In this document: positions 12,861-25,200 of the stretch, piece by piece
How positions within the stretch are numbered: the first letter of the stretch is position 1
How the letters are laid out: each line of letters begins with the position of its first letter
Assembly: GCF_006345805.1 (NCBI RefSeq)
Contig: NC_042997.1
Location: forward strand, 138,012,001-138,076,000
DNA from: Octopus sinensis
Taxonomy: Eukaryota
DNA length: 64,000 nucleotides
Direction of reading: 5' to 3'
The notes under the pieces: model-generated
Database searches by the model: none
Seen by the model: the letters and a program-made list of their open reading frames with translations, nothing else
Told to the model about the DNA's origin: nothing
Translations under genes and position numbers: made by a program

Positions 12861-13249
12861 GGATCTTTTCTGTTTGAACGGCAGTTTTTCTAGCGGTGTC
12901 ATATGAAATTGTCACCCTAGTATCGATCTATTGCATTTCAATCTGTTTTAGGGTTGGGGGGGGGATATCTTTTTTTTCTTCACAAATGTAAATAAACCCA
13001 ATCTGTTTCTTAAACGAGGGACATATTCATACGGCACAGAATGTTGTTTAACTCAATAGACGTCATTGATTGGTTGAAATTGCAGAAATTGAAGAAAAAA
13101 AACAAATATCTTACAAACTATAGAATTTTCTCAATAAAGCCAAGAGAAAAAGATGTTTTATAAACACATTCTACCAGTATACGAAGTTTAAAAGTGTTTA
13201 GTTACGTGGAAATTATTTTTAAAAACTGCCGTTCAAACCGATAAGATCC
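12861..13249. mobile_element. MITE, about 29-bp TIR starting GGATC, 8-bp TSD
   Basis: TIR ggatcttttc(g/t)gtttgaacggcagttttt. TSD ATTTTCCG at 12853-12860 and 13250-13257. Confidence 0.9.
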
Positions 13250-13524
13250 ATTTTCCGGAATCTCAGTATCCGAAAACGTGGGTTTTGGGCAAAAAAATAA
13301 TAATAATATGCGAGAAATGGGGTGGGGACGGGAGGAAGTCTTTCCCCGTGCTCTCCTCCAAGTGCATGAGCAACACATAAAAACCAATTCAATCGCAGAT
13401 TCAGTCATCTATCGCAGCAATACGTTTGCTGCAAGCGAAAGCCAATAAACAGCTAATGGCTTAACATATGTGGCTGATAGGATGTAATAAGTTATGTTGT
13501 AACATTCATCATAAAAAAAAAGGA

Positions 13525-13840
13525 ACTGGTACTCCGTCGGTTACGATGAATGGGGTTCCAGTTGATCCGATCAACAGAACAGCCTGCTCACAACATTAAT
13601 GTGCGTGCAAGTGGCTGAACATTCTTCAGACCTTTAACGTAGTTCTGAGGGAAAATTCGCGAGACAGAATGTGATAAGGTTGGTCCTTTGAAATACGGGT
13701 ACTACTCATTTTTGCCAGCTGAGTGGACTGGAGCAACGTGAAGTGTGTCTTGCTCAAGGATACAACGCGCCACCGAGAATCTAACTCACGACCTTACAGT
13801 TATAAGTCGAAAACCCAAACCACTAAGCCATGTGCCTTCA
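13525..13840 (-). mobile_element. tRNA-derived SINE (family C, V-SINE-like centre)
   Basis: Centre gtccttgagcaagacac..gctccagtccactcagctg. Related copies at 1900-2060, 48500-48806, 50830-51105. Confidence 0.7.
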
Positions 13841-14924
13841 CTGGTATATATTCTTCTACGATACAAGCAACATAATTGAAAATAAGAAAAAATGAGATTT
13901 CAAATTTTGTTCACTGAAAACTTAACTCTACAAAGGATGATCTCGGCGAAAAAATACCAAGTCATTCGATATAAAAAAAATTATATAAAGAAAAAAAAAA
14001 TCTGTGAATATAATGAAGTAAATGTCTATCACTCCTTTGAATTCGACATGAATTAGCTACAAGTTATTTCAAGTAAAATCGACTATACGATAACATTTGA
14101 CTGGTCTTGTTATCTGAGTGGATGACATGTGAAAAATATTAATTATCGTGAGAAAGAAGAGATTGAACATCCTGAAGTAACCCAGGTACACGGGAATACT
14201 ATCGGCGGCAACTATATGTAAAAAGGAGAAAAAATGATAATCACCATTGCCACCCACTAACAGTCGGTGACGAAGTCAGACAACAGCAAACATAATATAG
14301 ATATTTAGGGAGATTAAGGTAAGTTTTTATCTTTGTGAACGAGGGGGTTTGTTTTAGGAGAGAGAGAAAGAGAGAGAGAGCAAAATTAGATGGGAAATGT
14401 TATCAAGCCAAATCAAATACAATAACGGAATAAACAAATACTCCATCGAGCTAACGAAGGACCCACAATGGGGCCGCTTGACTGTAACAGAAACAACAGG
14501 CGACGATCTTTTGTTTTAGGTACATATATCGGGGTGGGGTGGGGGGTCTAAAACACAACCTAGACAATCCGTGAAAATACAAAAATTAGATTTGCATTTC
14601 TCAAGTGTGCAGTATGAATATGTAAAAGATTAAAAGTTACATATCATTACATGGAAATATATTAATATTTTCTACTGTTAAACCTTTTCAAATTAATTTT
14701 TTTATAACTTCTTATGAACATTTCTAGTTTTATCATTTCCATTATAACTGTTCAGAGGTTGGACGGATAGACAGATAAAAAGACTGATAGATACGTAGAT
14801 AGTACCTACTAGTGGCGTGTGATTTGTGTATTACCTTGTTACTAATTTGGGGTTGGTTTATTTTTCTGGTAACCCTTTTTGTTACCATTTTTCACGTTAC
14901 AATTTGTGTGACAGTACAATTATT

Positions 14925-15352
14925 GGATCTCTTCGGTTTGAACGGCAGTTTTTAACATAATTTCTAGGTAACTAAAAAATTTTAAATTTCGTATACTGGT
15001 GGAATGTATTTATAAAACATCTTTTTCTCTTGGCTTTATTGAAAAAATTCTATAGTTTGTAAGATATTTGTTTGTTTTTTTCTTCAATTTCTGCAATTTC
15101 AACCAATCGATGACGTCCATTGAGGTAAACATTCGGTGCCGCATGAATATGTCCCTCGTTTAAGAAACAGATTGGGTTTATTTACATTTGTGAAGAAAAA
15201 AAGATACCCTTCCCCCTACTCCTAACTAACCCTAACCAACCCTAACCCTAAAACAGATTGAAATGCAATAGATCGATACTAGGGTCATAATTATGGGTGA
15301 CAATTTCATATGACACCACTAAAAAAAACTGCCGTTCAAGCCGAAAAGATCC
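14925..15352. mobile_element. MITE, GGATC TIR family
   Basis: TSD CAATTATT at 14917-14924 and 15353-15360. Internal CCCTAA-like tract. Confidence 0.9.
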
Positions 15353-16038
15353 CAATTATTTTATTTGTAGATCTTTTGAAGTTCCTTGAACAACTTCGTC
15401 ATTAAAGTTGAAACAAAAGGGCGATACGGTACTAGAACCGTAAGATCGCCAACAAAAGTGCTGCTACTAAATAAGTTACACGTTTTAATAAATGAAAGTA
15501 AAAATACGGGTTATTTATTTACATATTCGGGATACCCAAGTCTATTTTTTGTATTTTCCCGGATTGTTTAGTTTCATTTTTAGTTCTTCGGATATATGTA
15601 CCTAGAACCAAAGATCGGCCAATATCTGAAAATAAGAGATAGTCATGACTAAAATACTTTGGGCATAAATCTGTTCAGTCTGAACTGCCCTGGGCTAAAC
15701 AACAGCAAATCCTCTGCAGTAGTCATTATTCTTATTTATGGAAAAATGAAGTTGACCCTGGCGAAAATTTCAATTTAGCATGTAGGTCAAATCTATCATT
15801 ACTACTCTCTATCGTTTCTGCACGTAAAAACCTCTACCCATGCGTCCTTAGTCACAAAAAAATGTGATAAATATATTTTTGCATACCATTTAATGTATGT
15901 TCAAAATATCAATGTATTAAATGATATATAATGAGCCCTGTGTGTTATTGTATGTAAGCTTTTACAAGGAAAAACGTTGACACTGACTTCGAGGTTTCGA
16001 CTTAAAAGTTATTGCCAATCTTTTCCTTATAAAAATTA

Positions 16039-18548
16039 CACTAAAACGCATTATTGAATAATCTATCACCCATTAGATTGTTTTTATATATAGCTGGTCT
16101 GCAGCCAAAAAATTGTTTCACGTTTATTAGGTGAAATTGCTCAGTTTTTACCGGCTGATTTAAAAAATTGCATAGAAATTATACTATCACGTACAGCTTC
16201 TTCATGCATTTTAACATTGTATCCGAATTTGACTATTGCCATATTTAAATTGACCATAATAGTATAGCTAATATGTGTAATTTTAAAAAATAAGCGTCTG
16301 GCAACCTTCAGACTGCTTTAGCTACGCAAAGTGCCTGCACCACTGGAGGTTCAGTCACCCGCAAGTAGTGAGGAGACCAAGATGCGCTCTACACGTGTTC
16401 CGCATCATTTGAAGCAAAGATTTCTTCTAGAAAATGTGCTGCTAGCCCGGATAATTTGTTACATTTGTGGCGAGTTGATGACGTCAAAGACACATCAAAT
16501 TTGTTAAAAAATTCTATGCCTACTTTGGTGTGAAATTAGGAAACCAAGATAAGTGAGTTCCTCATTAGGTCTGTTTAATATATGTTGAAGAATTAAGACG
16601 ATAAAATGTACAAAGAAGTCATTTCATTTTGAAGTTTCAATGATATGGAGAGAGCCTAAAAATCTGTGATGACTAAGGTGCAAGCATGGGCCTAGGAACA
16701 GAGGTGCACTTGCACCCCCTAAAATTTTTATAGACTGCAAAATCAAAATTTGCATCCTTACTTTTCTCAGGTTTAGAAAACAGTAAAAAGTGATCTGTAA
16801 AATGTACTTTAAATTAGGTTTCTTCTCAAAGAACATAAATAAAAACATGACCTTATTTGTAAAAATTTTGGAGCCTGGGTTTGCACCCACTAAGCAACTT
16901 TTGTTCCCGAGCCAGAACAGAATTCGAAGAATGGGGAAAACATTGTTTATCCAAATCCTACATCTGCATTGGCTTGTTGTCCATGGACCAGATGTTACAG
17001 GCCTGTCACCACCAAAAGACCTTGAAGGCATACACTTGAGTTCTGAGCCAGAAGGCAGAAATAGCAACGACGATGAAGACTTCAATAACGGTAAAGGCAA
17101 AGAACCAGTGAATTAAATGATCTAGTGAGGAACTTGGGGCTCAAAGAAATCAGCAAAGCTTTTAGGTTCCAGACTTAAATCCAAGAATCTTTTAACGCTT
17201 TGTGCATTATTCTGTTGGTATTGTAACCGAAAGAAATTATGTTCCTTATTTCGCTCATGAAAAATGATTTGGTTCATTGTACAGAGCTGTCAAAATTAAT
17301 AGGTAAGTTTGGCGCAAGTTACAGCTCGAATGGAGATTCGACTCTTCAAAGAGAAGTCTTAAGGCTGTTCCACAGCATAATAGTAATAAATATGCTTCCA
17401 TCCTTGTTGGATACTCAGTGATCATGAAGAAACACGAAAATTTGGTGTCACTTTTGCATGAGGTTAAATTCAAAGAACACAACTGGATGATTTGCAGCAC
17501 CTTGAAAATTATATTGCATAGTTTCCTTGTTTCTTGTGTGAATGGAATAGTATAGCCAGCAACCTCTATTAGTCTAAAAAGGAAGAATGACCAGGTAAAG
17601 GTACGCTTAAACGAGGGACAAAGAATACTCTTCGAGAAAGTTTGCTTGATCTGAAAAAGGTTCTTTCGCCTCCTCTACACATTAAACTTGGCTTCATAAA
17701 GCAATACGTAAAAGCTTTGCTACAGGATGGAGAGGGCTTCATGTATTTGCCTGACAAGTTTCCTGCTCTATCAGATGCAAAGGTTGAAGGAGGGTGTATA
17801 TGTAGGACCAGATATATAGAAACTAGTCCAGGACGAAACACTTTTAAACTTCTGAAAATTCTTTAAAAAATATGCATGGATTAGTTTTAACTTCTTGGGT
17901 AACCACTAGGTCACACAATACAAATACAAAGGAATGCTGGAAAATTTTGAGGCCTAAGAATGTAAAATGCACCTTAACGTTCACTTCTGATATGCCATTC
18001 AGATTTCTGTCCGGAAAATCTGAGAGATGTGAACGAGGAGCAGGGGGAGAGGATTCATCACGACTTAAGAAGATGGAAAGATATCTGAGAAGATGGAATG
18101 TCAATATAATGGCCAATTAGTGCTGGATGTTACATTGTGAACGTCCATCAAATGCTCACAAGCGAAAGCGTTCCAGGCATAGTTTTCAAATGAAAAGAGA
18201 TTTTGAGCTACTGAATTTAAAACAAGAAAAAAAAATGAAACCTTTGTAAACGTTTTGCTTCCGTTTCAGTTGCATTTGAAACTATATATTTTGATAAATA
18301 AAGTACCAAATTCATCTTTATTAGTTTCATTTTGTTTTACCATATGTGGATTTACCTACAAATTATGGTAGATTTTTATGATTAAAATTGTGAGAAAACC
18401 TTAGGTCATGGGAGAAAGTTTTTTTGATATTTCAAATTAGCACCATAAAGTACATACAATTATCAAACGATTTTCAACAATTTCCATTTCGTAAATCTGT
18501 GTAATATAAAAAATAACATCGCCAAAAATATTATAATGCATACTAGTG
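16039..18548 (+). mobile_element. Decayed DNA transposon, Chapaev(3)/CMC-like transposase
   Basis: Fragments CYICGE, YFGVKLGNQDK, MIWREPKN, IVYPN, FPCFLCEWNS, PLHIKLGFIKQYVKAL and RWNVNIMAN. Imperfect TIRs CACTAAAACGCATTAT / CACTAGTATGCATTAT, flanks TTA/TGA. Family name is from recalled motif similarity. Confidence 0.7.
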
Positions 18549-18683
18549 TGACTAAGTTTGCTTCTCAACAACATGAGTCTGTGTTCAGTCCCACTGCATG
18601 GCTAGTGTCTTCTACTATAGCCCCAGGCCTTAAGTGAATTTGGTAGACAGAAAAGAAGCCCGTCATGTGAGTATGCGAGTGTG

Positions 18684-19030
18684 AAGGCGCAAAGCTCAGT
18701 GGTTAGAGCGTCGAGCTTACGATCGTGAGTTCGATTCCCGGACCGGACTGCGTGTTGTGTTCTTGAGCAAGACACTATTTCATGTTGCTCCAGTTCACTC
18801 AGCCGTAGAAATGAGTTGCGACGTCACTGGTGCCAAGCTGTATCGGCCTTTGCCTTCCTCTTGGATAACATCGGTAGCGTGAGAGGGGAGGCTGTAATGC
18901 ATGGGCGACTGCAGGTCTTCTATAAAAACAACCCTAGGTTGTGCGTTCACTCGTGAGGCGATTTTCCGCCTAGACTTGTACCCCGGATGGGAACCCCTTA
19001 GGTGCACCCATGGTCATTCGTAACCGATGG
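18684..19030 (+). mobile_element. SINE family C
   Basis: Head ggcgcaaagctcagtggttagagcg..gagttcgattcc. Near-full sibling at 55243-55530. Confidence 0.75.
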
Positions 19031-19443
19031 AGTTGTATTAAATATATGCGTATGCGCGCACATTTGCATATATGTCTGTGCGTGCGCGCGTAGTCCATTA
19101 TCGATGACAACCAGTACTGGTTTGTTTATGATCCCATAACAGTAGTTCGGCAAAAGACCGCTAGAATCCGTACCAGGCTTAAAAATAAATATTGGGAGGT
19201 GGGGGCATTTGTTCAGCTAAACCCTTCAAAGTAGTGCTCCAAGATGGTCCCAGTAACTGAAACATGTAAAAGAATATATATAAATGACAAGATAACCATA
19301 ACAGGAACAACCTTTACTCAGTCAGGATGGACAACTACTGTTACACTGACAACCGTACTCTTACATGGTAGTCGTGTATACTTGCGTGATGCCTCAAAAT
19401 AGAAATACATAACTGAATTGTTCGTACCTTAGAGGTAAATGTA

Positions 19444-19671
19444 CGGAGGGGAAGGATGCTTAAAAGTTCCTGAATATAAGGGTGTCGTAAAAGGTCTGGT
19501 CGGAGGCCCAACCTTCTGAGTTTTTTTTTTTTTTTACAGTGCTGAGAGAAACTGAAGGGCTGCTGCAATAAGTGTGAGAATCTGAAAGGGTTATATGTTG
19601 GATAAAATCAATTAACTGATCATCCTGTATTTTCTTTTATCCAAATCCAGGAACTTTTCAGCGCCCTCTCG
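19444..19671 (+). mobile_element. Mariner-derived MITE
   Basis: Degenerate TIRs. Internal remnant resembles the mariner C-terminus (CNKCENLKGLYVG*). Same family as 62745-62964. Confidence 0.75.
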
Positions 19672-20603
19672 CAAGTACAGCAGGACTATAACTGGATCAC
19701 AGCATTAGAGCACACCTTTTACAGTGCACGCTGAACGATTTGAACATTAAAATAGACATAAAAGGCGAGAAAGAACCAGCTACATGCGAATTTGGTAAAT
19801 ACATCAAAACATTCAGTATTATAGTCATAATAGTAACTAAACATAAAAACCAGTGATCTCCTGAAAATCATTTCAGTTGCTTCTGTTCGCCTTCGTTCCT
19901 CCTAATTTTCAAAAATTATTTATAAATACATCAGAGTATTTACGCTAATTCTATAAGAATTAGCTCTAAATTAATTGACAAAATAATACTCAGGTTTGAT
20001 TAGTGCTAATGAGGTAGCCTCGACGTAGATGATCGACTTGCTACAAATAATAGTCAATTCTCCCTCAAAACTACATCCTATCGTTTTAGTATGGGATGTG
20101 TTCCTGAGTTTTCTGTACAAAGGAGAGAGACAGTACGGACTGAAAGACCTTTGATTGTAAAGTGCAGAATCAGAGATGGCCTAGGAATAAACAACATACC
20201 TACAGGTCTTATTCAATTTTAATCAAATTAATACGACCAGCTAAATACAAGCAATCACCAAACCTTCCTCTTTTTATGCGCTACAGTATCATAACGACAG
20301 AATGATCCGTTATGGCTGGAATACTTTTTATACGTTTTCTCGGTCGGGAAGAACCTGGGGCTAAACAACAATAACAATCTTCTTGTTTCTCAATAGCTTC
20401 AGCGAACTTTTTAACCCAAGGTCAGCTTTAATCAAATAGATCTATGATCAGAAGGTACTTTAGTCATGAATATATGTTTTGTTTTTTTTTTTCTCTTTCC
20501 CTTCCATATTGTGCGTATGTGTATTTATTGACTGTCGGGAAAAAAAAGAGTACAATACCAAAGTAAAGATTAATTATATATTTAATTTGGTCGAACCAAT
20601 CTC

Positions 20604-20703
20604 CTGCTACTGTGAGTTTCGCCGGAGAGTGCACAGGATCTTCAAACAAGTCATGACTTACCTGAAGACGCTAGGCACCCACAGGTGAAACTCAGAGCAA
20701 CAA
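20604..20703. ncRNA. Old inverted pair of degenerate hammerhead-like motifs (Penelope-like pLTR ends)
   Basis: Centre palindrome aagtcatgactt. Plus arm CTGAAGA..GAAACTCAGAGCAAC, minus arm TTGAAGA..GAAACTCACAGTAGC. The arms are colinear without gaps. Confidence 0.55.
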
Positions 20704-20759
20704 GAGGCTGCCTCGATCAAAATAAAAGCCTAACAGGTATTACACACACACACACACAC

Positions 20760-20819
<60 letters not shown>

Positions 20820-20921
20820 AGAGTAAACACATAAATGTGAAACAAGGTGGAAAAAAGAGTACTCAAATACCAGTGGTAGAGTAATATGCTTTATTTAAAG
20901 CAGCAGAAAATTCAACAAAAC

Positions 20922-20959
20922 CTGTTACTCTGAGTTTCCCGTTGCCGTTCATCGGACAG
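20922..20959 (-). ncRNA. Minimal type I hammerhead-like motif (mirror copy)
   Basis: Exact reverse complement of 20974-21011. Confidence 0.55.
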
Positions 20960-20973
20960 TTTTCAAGCAAAAA

Positions 20974-21011
20974 CTGTCCGATGAACGGCAACGGGAAACT
21001 CAGAGTAACAG
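20974..21011 (+). ncRNA. Minimal type I hammerhead-like motif
   Basis: Stem I CTGT/ACAG. Core CCGATGA (U4C variant). Short stem II ACG-GCAA-CGG (closing pair mismatched). GAAA. Palindromic stem III ACTC-A-GAGT. GUA site, predicted cut after 21007. Confidence 0.55.
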
Positions 21012-21044
21012 GTTTTGTTGAATTTTCTGCTGCTTTAAATAAAG

Positions 21045-21082
<38 letters not shown>

Positions 21083-21652
21083 ATATGTATATGTATATAT
21101 ATATATATGTATATATATATAAAGTCTGGCACACACATCATTTTAACTAACAAATTACACAGATTAACCAGCGAGCAAGCATCCACAAGGTCAGACTAAT
21201 TTGCTATAAATAGTAGCAAAATTTTCCTCAGATCATACCTTACCGTCTTAGATAAGATAAATGAAATGGACACATTTAAAAGTTCTCTGGCTGTAGGTTT
21301 ACGCGACCAGGGCTGACCTAGGGTCAAACAAAATCCAATATACAGAAAAGATCAGGACAACCACACAAAACAGGTTAAGATAGAAATATGGAAAAATTTA
21401 GGACAGTTTCAAAACCAAATGCTCAGAATCGGTTAAAACAGTGATATAATCAATATATTTGATAAATTAAGTTATATTGTGAAACGTTGACATATTCCCA
21501 TGGTTTAAATATATAGGCTTCTAATCAATAACTGGATAGACTTTTATTTTTAGAGTATATCTAACTTTAAAAAGCTTCGAGTTCAAACCCCACTGTAGGT
21601 GATTTGAGAGCCAGTTTTAAACTGAGTGATGGAAAATTAGCATAATCATCAT

Positions 21653-21945
21653 CTATCCTACTAAGAAAGGAATGGTCTTTGGTAAACTTCCGCCATCATA
21701 TTTATTCGGGAAGTCAAACACACAAAGCTGCATTTTGAATATTCCTCTTGCAATATCGCCAATATTTAAATGTGTAATCTTGAGAATATAACATTCTATT
21801 CTATGAAAGAAAATATTAGTTTTGTAGTGATGTGTGCAGGAAGAAACAAGATTGTAATAAAGTCTATCTTTCTCGCTAAGAGAGAGAAATCCACATTCCT
21901 CTAACTCGGTTTTACTAGTAAAATCAAAAGCATAAATAAAAGTAT
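21653..21945 (-). CDS. Candidate coding exon of an unrecognised gene (DTFIYAFDF...KTIPFLVG*)
   Basis: Acceptor atgccag, phase 1. About 96 open, non-repetitive codons in AT-rich DNA. In phase with the upstream exon. The 3' boundary (stop versus weak donor) is uncertain. Confidence 0.4.
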
Positions 21946-22240
21946 CTGGCATATATATATATATATATATAATTTCAGTATCATCCAATCAGATAAGACA
22001 AAATGCCAATGTAAATTTTGATGATGTACTTTGACCTCCTGGTGGAAATATTCTCGTAAAAGTTGTCAAATGTAATATGAATAGTAAAATTTCTTTGACA
22101 GACAGATTTTATAACCTATAGATAAAAGAACCAATGAAATAACTAGTTAACTCCAGTCACTTATGGAGCAGTTTTAAAAATAAGAGAAATGGATGTATAA
22201 TAAGGTAACTAGAAGAAATATTTTTTTAAAAGTCACTTAC

Positions 22241-22289
22241 CGCTATCATCATCACTGGAACTAACGCGTATCTGCAATACTGGACCCAT
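22241..22289 (-). CDS. Candidate first coding segment (MGPVLQIRVSSSDDDS)
   Basis: ATG at 22289, strong donor cg|gtaagt, phase 1. An acceptor at 22321-22322 suggests an upstream non-coding exon. Confidence 0.35.
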
Positions 22290-25200
22290 TGGCTCAGTTT
22301 ACAGATGAGGATGGTTATATCTATGTATATATATATATTTCGTTATTAATTAATTTCTGTTAAGTTCGGATAGATTCCAGAGAGCAGATGCGATCGGTTA
22401 TATTTCCATTTAACTCCTAGTCCGAGAAATGTAAATGCGTGTATTATAGAGATCGAGAGATAAATAGATAAATTACGAGGCGGGAATTTTACGATAGAGG
22501 TGTGAATGAAGGAGAGGGGTTGGGTTTTTTAACCCATACTTAAACAGACTTCATAAGAGCAGTCCTCGGAGCGAACGGGAGATAAAGAATGAAATTAGGT
22601 TACGTTAGATCGGGCCGCTATAGTCAATCGAGTAGTTTATACAAGCTGGTCTGAAAACTTAAACCAGTTAACAGGCCAATACTTCAGGTAAGCTATAGTA
22701 AATGGTGGTGCGTTATTATCACCTTTTTGTTCCAGTTTCTATGGTGCTTTAAAAATCTCATCACGTCAGTCAGTTTAGAATATAACGTCCGTAAAGTTTA
22801 CTTTGTTGATCACAAAATGACGGGTTGGCTTGTCTTGCTCAACAACGAAGGTACGCCTTTGAGGACGTTTAGTTGTAGAATGTCCTAGATTGCTAAATTT
22901 ACACCACATTATAAAATGAATAAATTGATATCTATTCTTACTTGTCAAGCCATCCCCCACCGTCTCACTTCCAAGTGGTGTTCGTCCCAGTTTGTTAAAT
23001 GGCATTTCCCCAGAAATTATCGATTGCTGACTATATTATTGTTTGAAGCCTAAATGACGTTTTAAGAAAAACTGAAGAGCTGGTCATTTTGTCACTATGG
23101 TGTTTAATTACTGGGGCGTTGGATTGGTAGAATCGTTGGTGTTGAACAAAACTTCCAGTAATCGTTCTGATTATTTACATTCTTTGCTTTTCACCTTTCC
23201 AGGGTCGTTAGCATAAAATACCATTCAAGTATTGGGGGTCGATGTAATGGACCAACCCTTTACCCAAATTTCTAGCGGTGGGATTATAAAAGCTTCTGAC
23301 AAATTGCCTTATATTTAGCTCCGTCAGTTTGCGTTCTGAATTCAGATCCCACCAAGGTCAGCTTTGCCTTTCGTCTTTCCGGGGTCGATAAGTTAAGTAC
23401 CAGTCAAACGCTAGGGTCGAATTACGTTCAAATCCCGAGAAATTAAGTACTAGTCGAGTTCGAGAGTCGACATAATTGACTACAGTAATAGCTCTACTAT
23501 CGCGGGTGCTACGTTCCAAAACACGGTGATAGGTGAAAATCGACGAAGTAGGATAAGTACTGTATTATATATAGTTTTTAATTATTTTAAAAATCTGTAT
23601 ACATTAATTTTATTATTAGTGCAAAACAACACAACGGAGGAATCGACGCAAGCTTAAATAATAAGCCGCGATATGGCGAGGGATTACTGTATTTTCTTCC
23701 TCTGAATGTTTGTGGCTGTTCTATCATAGAAACCGTCATCATTATTATGTGCTGTAGGTGACAATTGGAGTTGCTGGCCAACTCCTTTTACATTTTAAGT
23801 TCAAATCCTGTCGGAAGTAACTGAGTTTGATGGCATGAAAAAAAAAAAACGCATATGCATTATAGACGCACCCCAATTTCGGCAGCGCGTAATCAGGAAA
23901 AGTTTAGTGCGTTCAATCATGTAATATAGGCCCAACTTCGCATACAGGACCCAGGGTAATTTAAGACTTAAGAAGAGAGGGGCGTCTTACATACTATCAA
24001 ATACGATACTTTGCCTTCTGAGATAAAATAAGCACCAATCTATTTTCATCCTGCCAAGGGACTGTTTATTGACTTACAAGCCTTTAATATATTTAGTAGT
24101 ATAATAGTTTTAAAATTTGGCTTCCTGCAGATTTCTGCTGCTTTCTTGCCATTTAAAAAAAAACAAATCACGAGGTCTCGATAATGTTCGTTTTCGTTCT
24201 CCATTTTTAAGATGATCTCAAGCACACAAAATATAACCTATCTCTTTACGCCTTCGAGTCTAACTATATTAAGTCGTATATATAACGAGTACGCATGCGC
24301 AAGGAACAGACTGAAGTTACCTCATTACAAGAGTGCATTAAATTTAGTGTCGACAAAAATCGAACGGACTTGTTGACTAACCCAATATGATTTTTAATAT
24401 AGAGCAAAACAGTTTTCAGTGATTACAAATATAAAAAGAGTAGCGAAAGAAAATACTAGATTCAGTTCCGATTCGTACATAAGTATATCTCACATCACAG
24501 AAAGACGAAAGGAAGGAAAGCATGAACCCCGGAAGCTTGAAAAGCAAAGTTGAACTCGACAAGATTTGAATCCAGAAAATAAAAGACCATGACTAAATCC
24601 ACAAAGTAGTTTATCCGATGCTCTAATGATCCTGCCAGTCCACTGCGATAATAGTAACAACGTAAAAAGTAGGAACTGGAAATTTGGATCCCTTTTGGAT
24701 GATTAGTTAGTCATGGAGGTATCAGTAGAACTTTTACGAATTTAAACCTGTTATTCTAAACCGCCAATTCTCTTTACCTGAAAAGGGATTTTGTAGCGAA
24801 GCAGGATTTGTTTAAAGCTCACTATTATTGCTTGCAAACACGACTGCAACTGATCTTATTTGCGTAGATGATGTACAAACGCTGAAAATACTATAGTTTT
24901 AGCAATTCCTGTTAAACTGTAATATAGCCATAGCCTTTCAATTATTGCTCTGTTGTTCACTGGCTTAGGATATATTAATGTCTAAGAGTTCGTTCAAGTA
25001 ATAAAGAAAAGAAATATACATTTAGACAATTAATTGAGGTACAAACACCGATTTCCTGACATCGATGGTCCGGGACATCTTAATCTGCACTAATTTACAC
25101 TAATGTACATATAACTGTTTGTCATTTAATTAAGTAAATTTAGTATTTGCTAGTGTTGACCAAGGTGGCCGCCCCTGGTACAGAAAAAAAAAATCAATAA

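Larger units (their letters stand above)
20818..21044. mobile_element. Penelope-like pseudo-LTR fold-back: perfect 75-bp inverted repeat, 6-nt loop
   Basis: 20889-20963 is the exact reverse complement of 20970-21044. Each arm has a hammerhead-like core and AATAAA, and both ends run into (TA)n. Confidence 0.75.

Noticed and set aside
14069-14320. Exon-like segment with a minus-strand acceptor (14211) and a plus-strand donor (about 14317)
   Set aside because: No donor/acceptor pair gives a phase-compatible open exon on either strand.
15215-15255. CCCTAA tracts as true telomere or fusion sites (also 12960, 32645)
   Set aside because: They are internal parts of the GGATC MITE family.
18684-18750. 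tRNA-like sequences (A/B boxes) here and at other SINE heads
   Set aside because: They continue into SINE bodies and lack a complete cloverleaf, so they are not called tRNA genes.
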